From Bacteroidota bacterium (lineage in GTDB: Bacteria > Bacteroidota > Bacteroidia > Bacteroidales > FEN-979), in assembly GCA_037134895.1 (NCBI GenBank), contig JBAXLI010000006.1, forward strand, positions 38,812 to 102,811: a stretch of 64,000 nt of DNA, in the 5' to 3' direction. How positions within the stretch are numbered: the stretch's first letter is position 1; each line of letters opens with the position of its first letter. Below, in pieces: positions 1 through 8,379 of this stretch. The translations under genes and the position numbers were made by a program. The notes beneath the pieces are model-generated. The model saw nothing but the letters and a program-made list of their open reading frames with translations. It made no database searches and was not told where the DNA came from.

Positions 1-337
1 AAGGAGAAGATTGTCCGTCGAAATTTACCAGAGGGGCTGAAGGGTTATGAACATTCCCCATGAATTTCTGCCAGGCTGCATCTTCACCTCTTGGCAGAGC
101 TGTTGCCGCATAAGGATAACTGCGAAATTCCAGCCCTTCATTAAGCTCCTTTTTGGCTTTCTTCGCCATCTCTTTCCAGTCGGCAGCACTCATTACAGGA
201 AGGTCACGCAAGGGTTTGCTTAATCCCCAGTATTTTCCAACTGATATTTCACTTGGGCCTGCGGGTCGGCTCTGGGCCCCGGCCATAACAACCGGCATTA
301 CAAATGCCAGTAATAATAGTAAGTTCTTAATTTTCAT
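1..337 (-). CDS. secreted protein, N-terminal fragment (gene continues past the left edge)
   Basis: Reverse-strand ATG at 337-335 opens a stop-free frame to the window edge: MKIKNLLLLLAFVMPVVMAGAQSRPAGPSEISVGKYWGLSKPLRDLPVMSAADWKEMAKKAKKELNEGLEFRSYPYAATALPRGEDAAWQKFMGNVHNPSAPLVNFDGQSSP. It has a typical signal peptide. It is absent from the ORF track only because it is open-ended. I did not recognise a family. Confidence 0.5.
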   Translation of the reverse strand, partial: MKIKNLLLLLAFVMPVVMAGAQSRPAGPSEISVGKYWGLSKPLRDLPVMSAADWKEMAKKAKKELNEGLEFRSYPYAATALPRGEDAAWQKFMGNVHNPSAPLVNFDGQSSP

Positions 338-454
338 CGGGCTTGATTTGATAAGGCAAAATTACAAAAATAAAGGCTCAGACGAAGATTTTCTTGCAGT
401 TCTTGACAATTTGATTTCTTTGGTTATTTTTGCTGCTTATAATAATTCTAACTT

Positions 455-1399
455 ATGAAAAAACTGATTTTTACCCTAATTTTAGCCCTGGTTGCAGGGT
501 TCTCATATACTCAGGATATTAAAACGGTTGCTTCAGGCCTTGACAAATCCAAAACTGAGACAGTGGCCGATACAACCCCCAAACACTGGAAATTAGGTGG
601 ATTCGGATCCCTTACTATAAACCAGGCAGCCTATTCCAACTGGGCTTCCGGCGGAACAAATTCTCTCGGGGCTACCGGGATGCTAAACCTCAAACTCAGA
701 TACTCCAAAAACAAGCATGCATGGTCCAACCTTCTCGACGCAGCCTATGGGTTCCAGTTCCTCGGAAAAACCGAAGCTGCCAAATTCAACAAAACCGACG
801 ATAAACTGGAGTTCACGACAGCTTACAGCTACGAAATCGCCCCGAATAAAAAATGGTACCTTACCGTACTAGTGAACTTCCGCACTCAGTTTACCGCGGG
901 ATACAACTCACCCAACGACAGTGTGCCGATCTCCGATTTCATGTCCCCGGGCTACCTTGTCGCCGGTCTCGGCATCACTTACCGTCCTGCGAATTTTTTC
1001 ACACTCTATGTTTCCCCCGGTTCCGGCCGTTTTACATTTGTGATGAACGATACTCTCTCAAAACAGGGAGCTTTTGGTGTTGACAAGGGCAAGCATCTGA
1101 GGTCAGAACTGGGCCCGTATGTGAGAGCAGACCTTAACAAGGATCTTGCAAAAAACATCAACATCACCTCTTCCCTTGAACTGTTTTCCGATTATTTTCA
1201 TGATTTCGGTTGCATTGATGTAAACTGGAATGTACTCCTGACACTTAAAGTTAACAAATGGCTGGCTGCTATCGTAAACTGCCAGCTGATCTACGATAAC
1301 GATATCCTGATACAGACAAACCCTCCTGAACCTGCATACGGTCCACGAACCCAGTTCAAAGAAATCATAGGCGTTGGTTTGTCATATAAATTCCATTGA
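455..1399 (+). CDS. DUF3078-type outer-membrane beta-barrel protein
   Basis: Signal peptide MKKLIFTLILALVAGFSYTQ. The WKLGGFGSLTINQAAYSNWASGGTNS motif, an alternating beta-strand pattern and an aromatic C-terminus (LSYKFH) are typical of DUF3078 proteins of Bacteroidota. Confidence 0.75.
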   Translation: MKKLIFTLILALVAGFSYTQDIKTVASGLDKSKTETVADTTPKHWKLGGFGSLTINQAAYSNWASGGTNSLGATGMLNLKLRYSKNKHAWSNLLDAAYGFQFLGKTEAAKFNKTDDKLEFTTAYSYEIAPNKKWYLTVLVNFRTQFTAGYNSPNDSVPISDFMSPGYLVAGLGITYRPANFFTLYVSPGSGRFTFVMNDTLSKQGAFGVDKGKHLRSELGPYVRADLNKDLAKNINITSSLELFSDYFHDFGCIDVNWNVLLTLKVNKWLAAIVNCQLIYDNDILIQTNPPEPAYGPRTQFKEIIGVGLSYKFH

Positions 1400-1442
1400 T
1401 GATTACAGCCGGGCTGAAAAATCATTTACCTTTGAGCATTCA

Positions 1443-1496
1443 AACCAACAACCAACAACCAACAACCAACAACCAACAACCAACAACCAACAACCA
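1443..1496 (+). repeat. tandem heptanucleotide array (AACCAAC) x7 plus a partial unit
   Basis: Direct reading gives aaccaac repeated perfectly from 1443 to 1491, then aacca. The array ends 4 nt before ATG 1501. Confidence 0.95.
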
Positions 1497-1500
1497 TACT

Positions 1501-1776
1501 ATGGCCCATCACGATCTGTATGACGATCACAGCCTGACCCATGAAGAACTGAAATTCAGGGAACATACCGAAAGAGCAGCTCACTTTATCAAGATCGACC
1601 TTTTCAGGTCGGCCAGGGAAGAGTTTAAAGCAGCCCTGGCTTATAAACCCGGAGATGAAAAATGCCTGCAGGGGATTAGCGAGATGAACAACAACATCCG
1701 CAGGGATGCCAAAGTCGTTTACATTGTCGCACCTCTTGTAATTTTGTTGATTGCAGCAATTGCTGCCTTCGGTTGA
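1501..1776 (+). CDS. small TPR-like protein with C-terminal membrane anchor
   Basis: ATG 1501 gives MAHHDLYDDHSLTHEELKFREHTERAAHFIKIDLFRSAREEFKAALAYKPGDEKCLQGISEMNNNIRRDAKVVYIVAPLVILLIAAIAAFG, one TPR-like helical hairpin plus a terminal TM helix. The track ORF starts at TTG 1396/ATG 1399 and reads the repeat array as QQPTTNN units. The true start is unresolved. Confidence 0.5.
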   Translation: MAHHDLYDDHSLTHEELKFREHTERAAHFIKIDLFRSAREEFKAALAYKPGDEKCLQGISEMNNNIRRDAKVVYIVAPLVILLIAAIAAFG

Positions 1777-1779
1777 TGA

Positions 1780-4700
1780 TCATGCCCTGATCATCTCGTC
1801 GATGAGGTTGAGAAGTACGTCCTTCGTTACAGGTTTCGGCAGATAACCTGAAAAGCCAAGAGAGATCAGCCGGTCCCTGTCGCCAATGGATGCATATCCC
1901 GTAAGAGCTACGATGGGAACCGTTTTATAATCACCAAGCTTGCGAATCTCAAGCATAGCCTGTATCCCGTCAAGCCCTGGCCCAAGATTGATATCCATCA
2001 GGATCAGGTCAAAATGTTTCTGCCTTGCATTCTCGATTGCTGCTTTTGCGTCCAGTGCCGAAAAAGCTGTGCAACTGTCCTGAATATACAGAGTAAGAAG
2101 CTGAAGATTCACCAGATTATCCTCCACAACCAGCACTGAGGGAATCGATGTCAGCTCTCTTGAAAGCCCCTTTTTCTCTTGCACTTTGTTAACAGCCGGT
2201 TCGGTAATTTCTGAAAAAACCTGACCTGCGGATGGCAATACAACAATAAACTCAGAACCCTCACCTGTCTTACTTTTGAGTTTTATCTCACCGTTAAGCA
2301 AGGTTACTATCTTTTTGCTGATCGTAAGCCCAAGTCCGGATCCCTCAAACTTTCTTCCGTACCCTTCACTCACCTGCCTGAATGTTTCGAAGACCAGGTC
2401 GAAATTTTCCTTGGAAATACCAATACCCGTATCTTTCACCGATATCTCTATCATCCCCGGCCTGTTGGCCTCTGACTCCCCTGCCTCGATGGTGATACTA
2501 CCCTTCTCTGTATACTTAACGGCATTGTCGATAAGACATCTTAAAAGGTGCTGCAGCAGGTAGTCGTCGCCCAGGATTTGCAGGTAAGCCGGTACATTCA
2601 GGTTCAGGCTCAGGTTCTTTCTTTTGATCAGCGGTTCATAATTCGACAGCACCTTCAGAAGGGACTTTTTTATTGAGATCGGCACGAATTTCCTTGTAAG
2701 CTTATCGGATTCCAGATGCGACAGGTCCATGATTGCGTCAAGTGTGTCCATAAGCCTCCGTCCCGAAATAAGGATATTCTCAGCTTTTGTTCTTGCCTCC
2801 GGATCGAGGAGATCATTAGTGAGAATCTCAGCAAACCCAAGTATCCCGTTCATTGGTGTCCTCAGCTCGTGGTTCATGTTCGCCAGAAGAGAGGAAGTAA
2901 GCTTTGAAGAAACCTCTGCCTTCTGCTTCTGAACCACAAGTTCCTGCTGCATCTTCATTCTCTGTATCGAAAGAGCGATCTGCTCTGACACAAAGATGAG
3001 CACATCCGTTTCATGATCACCGAACCTTATTTTGGGGTTATAACTCTGTGTAACCATTACACCAATTACATCTTTATCGATCTTCAGGGGCACACCAAGC
3101 CAGTCAATAGCCGGAGTGCCTTTCATCTCGATGATACCACGGTCAATGAAATACTGAATATCTTCAGGCCTGGCAAGAAGATGCCTGCCGGTGCGAAGTA
3201 CAATGTCGGTAAGGCTGTTTCCCCTTTTTCTGCTGGCGGGCGGCGGATCTTTCTCATCGATGAAATAGGGAAAAGTGATAGTTTCCCCATCCTGTTCAAG
3301 CAGTGCAATGAAAAGATTTCGGGCATCCATGAGATCGCCGATCACGATATGGATGTTTGCAAAGAGATCACTAAGGTCTTTTGCAGAATGAGCAAGCTCT
3401 GAAATCCTGTATACGGCTCCCTTGACCTTCTCCGACTGTATGACATCCGAAATATCCTTATTGATCGTTATAAGCCCGAGCGCATTCCCTGCATCATCCT
3501 TCAGCTGGGAGGTCGAAGAAAGCACATAGGCGGTGCTTCCATCCTTCCGCTTGTGAACAAGTTCACCTTTCCAGCTTCCATTCCGATTAAGTTCTTCGAA
3601 AATACCAGCCCTTCCGGCTCCGGGGAAATCCACCCTTAAAGAGCCACCTCCGAACTTGCCAATCACTTCTTCGGCCTTCCAGCCATAAATCCTTTCTGCT
3701 CCCTTATTCCAGCTCTGGATGATCATTTCCTTATCAAAGGTGATAATGGCGTCGCTGATCTCCTGGAGCAATGCATTCATATAGCGTATCTGCTCTTCAT
3801 CTACCTGGGATTTCTGCTTGAACCTGAAATGAGACCTGTAGTACTGCAGCTGCTGGCTCTTCCAGATCAGTGCAGCAGAGGTCGCAAGAAGAATGACCAG
3901 GACAAGAATATAAATGACAAGGTTTAAGGCTCCTTTGTGAAGAGGCGCAATGAGCTCACTTTTATCGATCTTGCATAACAGCCACCAGTTGGTTCCGGAG
4001 ATATGACGAATCTCCGCCATTACCGGGAATCCCCTGTAATCTTTGGCATCATAGAGGATCAGCGAACCCTTGAGCGGGACAGTCTGACTGACCTCATCCA
4101 TTGAAGAAGGCCTTGTAAAAGCGATTACAGTATCAGGCTTCAGTATGCTTCCCGAGAGATAATAGGTCGCTGACGCGTCATGATGCAGAAGAATGTTCTC
4201 AGCGGTAGTCCGTTTAACCGGCCAGGCAGCAAGAGCGGGAAAAAGGTTCTTCAGGGGATCTATAAAGAACCTGGCATAACCAAGCAGCACCCCTTTGTCC
4301 TTAAGTGCAATAGAAGTAGTGAGATATGGTTTTTCATTTCCCTGTTTAATCATCTCCGAGAGATGTATCTCTCCTGTATTCAGGACAATGGTTTCTGCCT
4401 GGCTCAGGTCAGAAACCCATGGCCCCGGGGTCTTTTCGAGCAGGATATATATTATTTTACCCCTGTCATTATACAACACAATGTTGTTATACTCATGATT
4501 CTTCCTGATCGGGTCAAGCCAACCCGCCATTGTCGCCTTGCTGGCCGGATCTGAAGGCTTCTTCAGCAGCGTCCCGAAATTCGAACTAAATCTCTCGCTT
4601 CCCGCAAGGTACGAACACTCGGCCTTCCGCTCATCAATCCACTTTTCGATCTCATTAACCTTAAAACTGGCAACCGCCGAAAGCAACTCCTTGTGTATAT

Positions 4701-4851
4701 TTAAAATATCATCCTTCTGATGCATGTAATAAAAATGACCTCCTGCAAAAAGGCCTGTTGCAAGCAGGGAGATAAACAGGATCTGTTTCCACTGGAATCT
4801 GAACCTGGTTTCCGGAACTTCCGGCTGAGTCATAAAGCTGCGATTGATCAT
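1780..4851 (-). CDS. hybrid sensor histidine kinase/response regulator (periplasmic sensor - TM - PAS - GAF - HisKA - HATPase - REC)
   Basis: Two TM segments flank a ~270-aa extracytoplasmic domain. PAS: ISDAIITFDKEMIIQSWNKGAERIYGWKAEEVIGK. H-box: NHELRTPMNGILGFAEIL. N/G boxes: DNAVKYTEKG, DTGIGIS, GSGLGLTISKKIV. C-terminal receiver: VLVVEDNLVNL...LILMDINLGPGLDG...LPKP. No DNA-binding domain. Confidence 0.9.
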   Translation of the reverse strand: MINRSFMTQPEVPETRFRFQWKQILFISLLATGLFAGGHFYYMHQKDDILNIHKELLSAVASFKVNEIEKWIDERKAECSYLAGSERFSSNFGTLLKKPSDPASKATMAGWLDPIRKNHEYNNIVLYNDRGKIIYILLEKTPGPWVSDLSQAETIVLNTGEIHLSEMIKQGNEKPYLTTSIALKDKGVLLGYARFFIDPLKNLFPALAAWPVKRTTAENILLHHDASATYYLSGSILKPDTVIAFTRPSSMDEVSQTVPLKGSLILYDAKDYRGFPVMAEIRHISGTNWWLLCKIDKSELIAPLHKGALNLVIYILVLVILLATSAALIWKSQQLQYYRSHFRFKQKSQVDEEQIRYMNALLQEISDAIITFDKEMIIQSWNKGAERIYGWKAEEVIGKFGGGSLRVDFPGAGRAGIFEELNRNGSWKGELVHKRKDGSTAYVLSSTSQLKDDAGNALGLITINKDISDVIQSEKVKGAVYRISELAHSAKDLSDLFANIHIVIGDLMDARNLFIALLEQDGETITFPYFIDEKDPPPASRKRGNSLTDIVLRTGRHLLARPEDIQYFIDRGIIEMKGTPAIDWLGVPLKIDKDVIGVMVTQSYNPKIRFGDHETDVLIFVSEQIALSIQRMKMQQELVVQKQKAEVSSKLTSSLLANMNHELRTPMNGILGFAEILTNDLLDPEARTKAENILISGRRLMDTLDAIMDLSHLESDKLTRKFVPISIKKSLLKVLSNYEPLIKRKNLSLNLNVPAYLQILGDDYLLQHLLRCLIDNAVKYTEKGSITIEAGESEANRPGMIEISVKDTGIGISKENFDLVFETFRQVSEGYGRKFEGSGLGLTISKKIVTLLNGEIKLKSKTGEGSEFIVVLPSAGQVFSEITEPAVNKVQEKKGLSRELTSIPSVLVVEDNLVNLQLLTLYIQDSCTAFSALDAKAAIENARQKHFDLILMDINLGPGLDGIQAMLEIRKLGDYKTVPIVALTGYASIGDRDRLISLGFSGYLPKPVTKDVLLNLIDEMIRA

Positions 4852-4907
4852 TCAAAGATATGAAACTTTATTCTGTAATTTTTTTCAGCTTTGCTTTATT
4901 CTTTTTT

Positions 4908-4915
4908 TACATTTG
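4908..4915 (+). promoter_or_regulatory. candidate Bacteroidota sigma-A -7 box (TACATTTG = TAnnTTTG) upstream of the branching-enzyme operon
   Basis: Exact match to the TAnnTTTG consensus, 32-53 nt upstream of the candidate start codons at 4947/4968, in an AT-rich 95-bp divergent intergenic region. Confidence 0.4.
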
Positions 4916-4946
4916 TATACGATGAACACTAATATTCCCATGACCC

Positions 4947-6995
4947 ATGGAAGCTGGCAAACCACTGATGATGAAACTGATCAAAAACGACGCCTGGCTT
5001 GAGCCCGTCACGGCCGAAATAAACGACCGGTATTTCAGGTACAAAAACACTCTTGACGGCATTAAAGAGGAATGGAAATCCCTGTCTAAATTCGCAGATG
5101 CCTATACTTTCCTGGGGATACATCATGACCGCAAACTCAAAAGATGGTCTTACAGGGAATGGGCGCCGCACGCCCAGGACCTTTACATTTTCGGGGATTT
5201 CAACAACTGGCAGCGGTATTCTCACCGTCTGAACCGCGACAAAAACGGTATCTGGGAAATTTTCCTCCCCGATGATGAATACGGCGATCGCTTCATCCAC
5301 CTTGGCAAGATCAAGGTCATGGTCCATTCCGACCAGGGCTGGCATGAACGGCTGCCGGCTTATATCACCAGGGTCGTACAGAATCCCGAAACCAAAGATT
5401 TTACGGGTCAGATATGGAACCCTCCTGTACCTTTCGACTGGGAAAATGACAAATTCGACCTCCGCCGCCTGCAAGAACTGTTCATATACGAATGTCATCC
5501 CGGGATGTCACAGGAACGTGAAGGGATTGGCAGTTTTTCTGAGTTTGCGGATGACCTTATCCCGTATATCAAGAATGCCGGGTATAATGTAATCCAGCTA
5601 ATGGCCGTCGCTGAACACCCGTATTATGGATCTTTCGGCTACCATGTCACCAATTATTTTGCTGTCTCAAGCCGTTTCGGCACACCGGAAGAGCTGAAGT
5701 ACCTCATTAAAAAAGCCCATGAGCAGGACATCGCTGTTATCATGGACCTGGTTCATTCGCATGCCGCCAAAAACACCAACGAAGGACTGAACATGTTCGA
5801 CGGAAGCGATCACCAGTATTTTCATGCAGGCCCAAGGGGAAACCACCCCCACTGGGACTCCAAGTGCTTCGATTACGGAAAACCGGAAGTTCAGCAATTC
5901 CTTCTTTCAAATGTCAAATACTGGCTGAAAGAATTTCATTTCGACGGATTCCGTTTCGACGGTGTCACCTCGATGATGTATTTCGATCATGGGTACCGCG
6001 AGATCTGGGACCGTGACGGGTATTTTAAAGATGGTGTCGAATGGGATGCAATTACTTACCTCCAGCTTGCAAACACCCTCGCTCACCAGGTCAAAGCCTC
6101 GGCCCTCACTATAGCCGAAGATGTTACCGGAATGCCGGGGCTCTGCCGTCCGATCAAAGATGGCGGTATTGGCTTCGATTTCCGCCTTGGAATGGCACTG
6201 CCCGATTACTGGATCAAGCTTCTGAAGGAAAAGCAGGACGAGGACTGGGATGTTGACGAACTCTGGAGGGTCATGAACGACCGCCTCCCTGATGTGAAAA
6301 CAATAGCATATTGCGAATCACATGACCAGGCACTCGTAGGAGACCAGACTATTGCTTTCAGGCTGATGCAAAGCGAAATCTATTTCAAGATGAGCATGGA
6401 AGAGGAAAGCCATATCATCGACCGCGGGATATCCCTTCATAAAATGATCCGCCTGTTTACACTTGCTTTAGGCGGACAGGCATACCTGAATTTTATGGGC
6501 AATGAATTCGGGCATCCCGACTGGATTGACTTCCCCCGGGAGGGCAATAACTGGAGTCACCAATATGCCCGCCGGCAATGGTCTCTCGTACAAAACCCGA
6601 AATTGAAGTACCGCTTCCTGGGCGAATTCGATAAGGAAATGATCAGGCTTTCAAAAGCATACCACCTCCTCGAAACAAATTTCGGGAACCAGGTATGGAT
6701 GGACCAGTCAAATAAAACTGTCATTTTCGAAAAATCCGGGCTTCTTTTCGTATTCAATTTCCATACCGGCAACTCCATCCCGGATTATGCTTTCAGGATA
6801 CCAGTGCCCGGAGACTACAAGCTGATCCTGAACTCCGATTCCCTTGCTTTCGGAGGCCACGGACGTATTGATGAATCGGCTGTCCACACAAGCATCTTCA
6901 ATCCTGGGGACAACTCGCATACATTAAAAATTTATAACGTTAACCGCACAGTCCAGGTCTTTGAACGCATTCCTTCAACAAACCCTAACCCCTAA
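4947..6995 (+). CDS. glgB: 1,4-alpha-glucan branching enzyme, eukaryote-like GH13_8 type
   Basis: GH13 regions are present: DLVHSHAA, FDGFRFDGVTSMMY (the GH13_8-type region II, unlike DALRVDAV of E. coli GlgB), IAEDVTG and YCESHDQ. An N-terminal CBM48-like segment is present (YREWAPHAQDLYIFGDFNNW). The start may be M8/M9 (4968/4971, MMKLIKNDAWLEP). Confidence 0.9.
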   Translation: MEAGKPLMMKLIKNDAWLEPVTAEINDRYFRYKNTLDGIKEEWKSLSKFADAYTFLGIHHDRKLKRWSYREWAPHAQDLYIFGDFNNWQRYSHRLNRDKNGIWEIFLPDDEYGDRFIHLGKIKVMVHSDQGWHERLPAYITRVVQNPETKDFTGQIWNPPVPFDWENDKFDLRRLQELFIYECHPGMSQEREGIGSFSEFADDLIPYIKNAGYNVIQLMAVAEHPYYGSFGYHVTNYFAVSSRFGTPEELKYLIKKAHEQDIAVIMDLVHSHAAKNTNEGLNMFDGSDHQYFHAGPRGNHPHWDSKCFDYGKPEVQQFLLSNVKYWLKEFHFDGFRFDGVTSMMYFDHGYREIWDRDGYFKDGVEWDAITYLQLANTLAHQVKASALTIAEDVTGMPGLCRPIKDGGIGFDFRLGMALPDYWIKLLKEKQDEDWDVDELWRVMNDRLPDVKTIAYCESHDQALVGDQTIAFRLMQSEIYFKMSMEEESHIIDRGISLHKMIRLFTLALGGQAYLNFMGNEFGHPDWIDFPREGNNWSHQYARRQWSLVQNPKLKYRFLGEFDKEMIRLSKAYHLLETNFGNQVWMDQSNKTVIFEKSGLLFVFNFHTGNSIPDYAFRIPVPGDYKLILNSDSLAFGGHGRIDESAVHTSIFNPGDNSHTLKIYNVNRTVQVFERIPSTNPNP

Positions 6996-7024
6996 TCCCC
7001 AATCCCTAATCCCTAATCCCTAAT
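6983..7024 (+). repeat. tandem heptanucleotide array (CCCTAAT-type) x6
   Basis: The units are ccctaac ccctaat ccccaat ccctaat ccctaat ccctaat. The array overlaps the glgB stop codon (6993-6995) and ends 5 nt before ATG 7030. Confidence 0.95.
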
Positions 7025-7029
7025 AAAAA

Positions 7030-8379
7030 ATGATAAAAAAACCTGCTTTGAGTTTCTGGCAGATCTGGAACATGAGTTTCGGCTTCCTGGGTATTCAATT
7101 CGGATGGGGCCTGCAAATGGCAAATATGAGCTCAATCTATTCATACCTGGGTGCACAACCCGGCCAGATTGCCTTGCTTTGGCTTGCAGCACCAGTAACG
7201 GGTGTGATCATTCAGCCCCTGATCGGTCAGGCAAGTGACCGCACCTGGACAAGACTTGGCCGCCGGCGGCCGTACATCCTGGTCGGGGCCATCCTGGCCT
7301 CCCTTGCCCTGATCTTTATGCCGAACTCGCCTACCTTCTGGGTTGCAGCTGGCCTGCTCTGGGTTCTCGACGGCACTATCAACGCCAGTATGCAGCCTTT
7401 CAGGGCGATGGTAGCTGATAACCTGCCCGAAGAACAGAACTCCCAGGGTTTTGCAATTCAATCACTCTTCATCGGGCTTGGAGGAACAATAGCATCGGCT
7501 CTTCCCTGGATGATGACAAACTGGTTCGGGATAACCCGGGACACTGCCGGACAGGGACATATCCCCACTTCAGTAACCCTCTCGTTTTATATTGGCGCCA
7601 TTGCTTTTATTGGCGCCGTGTTGTGGACAGTATTCTCAACAAAAGAGATCCCGCCCGACGAAAAGGAACTTGCCTCCATACGCTCACAAAAGTTCGACTG
7701 GACACTGGGACTGGGAGAGATCGTAAGGCTTATCGGACATCTTCCAAGACGCATGTGGGAACTCGGATTGGTTCAGTTTTTCACCTGGATTGGAATGTTC
7801 TGCCTATGGGTGTACTTCTCACCGGCCATTGCCGCGAATGTATTCCATGCCACCGAAGGCACTGTTGACATGGAAGCTTCAGGGGCCTGGGCGGGATTCT
7901 GCTTTGCCGCCTATAATGCTGTTTGCTTCGCTTTCTCGTTTGTCCTGATCAGAGCCACAAAATATACAGGACCCAAAATGATGCATGCTGTATGCCTTGC
8001 AATTGGCGCGGTCGGACTTCTCATCATCCCTGTTTTGAACAGTAAATACGGACTTCTTATTTCGATGACATGCATCGGGATCGCATGGTCAAGCATCCTC
8101 TCAATGCCTTATGCCATGCTGACACCAGCACTGCCCCCCGACAAACTCGGAGTGATGATGGGGATCTTCAACCTGTTTATCGTAATACCACAGGTTATTG
8201 CCTCCAGCCTGCTTGGAAAGGTGATTGAGATCTTCTTCTCAGGCAAACCGATGAGCGCTATGTTCATAGGAGGTATCTGCTTCGCTATCGCTTCAGTTAC
8301 AACAATTGCATTCGTTTCCTATAAAAAAAATATTCCTCTTTTAACTGCCGATAAGAGCTCAAAAAACCGTCTGCATTGA
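7030..8379 (+). CDS. MFS sugar:cation symporter, SLC45/sucrose-transporter-like (probable maltose/maltodextrin importer)
   Basis: About 12 TM helices. GQASDRTWTRLGRRRPYILVG is the R-x-G-R-R motif between TM2 and TM3 typical of the GPH/SLC45-like family. The gene sits in an alpha-glucan operon. Confidence 0.85.
   Translation: MIKKPALSFWQIWNMSFGFLGIQFGWGLQMANMSSIYSYLGAQPGQIALLWLAAPVTGVIIQPLIGQASDRTWTRLGRRRPYILVGAILASLALIFMPNSPTFWVAAGLLWVLDGTINASMQPFRAMVADNLPEEQNSQGFAIQSLFIGLGGTIASALPWMMTNWFGITRDTAGQGHIPTSVTLSFYIGAIAFIGAVLWTVFSTKEIPPDEKELASIRSQKFDWTLGLGEIVRLIGHLPRRMWELGLVQFFTWIGMFCLWVYFSPAIAANVFHATEGTVDMEASGAWAGFCFAAYNAVCFAFSFVLIRATKYTGPKMMHAVCLAIGAVGLLIIPVLNSKYGLLISMTCIGIAWSSILSMPYAMLTPALPPDKLGVMMGIFNLFIVIPQVIASSLLGKVIEIFFSGKPMSAMFIGGICFAIASVTTIAFVSYKKNIPLLTADKSSKNRLH

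Noticed and set aside
153-458. 101-aa + strand ORF from the track
   Set aside because: It is antisense to a much more convincing open-ended secreted-protein gene on the minus strand (1..337, clear signal peptide). Its own sequence is low in complexity and has no recognisable features.
1775-1795. 8-bp hairpin gatgatca/tgatcatc spanning the convergent stops at 1776 and 1780
   Set aside because: The stem is short and AT-rich, has no flanking T or A tracts, and half of it lies inside the kinase coding sequence. That is not enough to call a terminator.
1780-4851. Hybrid kinase as a classical PUL hybrid two-component system (HTCS)
   Set aside because: HTCS regulators end in an AraC-type HTH and have a large beta-propeller/Y_Y_Y periplasmic domain. 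This protein ends at the receiver domain and has a smaller Cache-like sensor, so I call it a generic hybrid kinase.
4929-5498. 189-aa minus-strand ORF
   Set aside because: It lies entirely antisense to the well-supported branching-enzyme gene. This is a typical shadow ORF.
6983-7024. Telomere-like CCCTAAT repeats as a sign of eukaryotic contamination or a chromosome end
   Set aside because: The unit is 7 nt (ATTAGGG on the complement), not the TTAGGG or TTTAGGG telomere repeat. There are only 6-11 copies, and each array is flanked on both sides by contiguous bacterial operon genes. The first array even contains the glgB stop codon.
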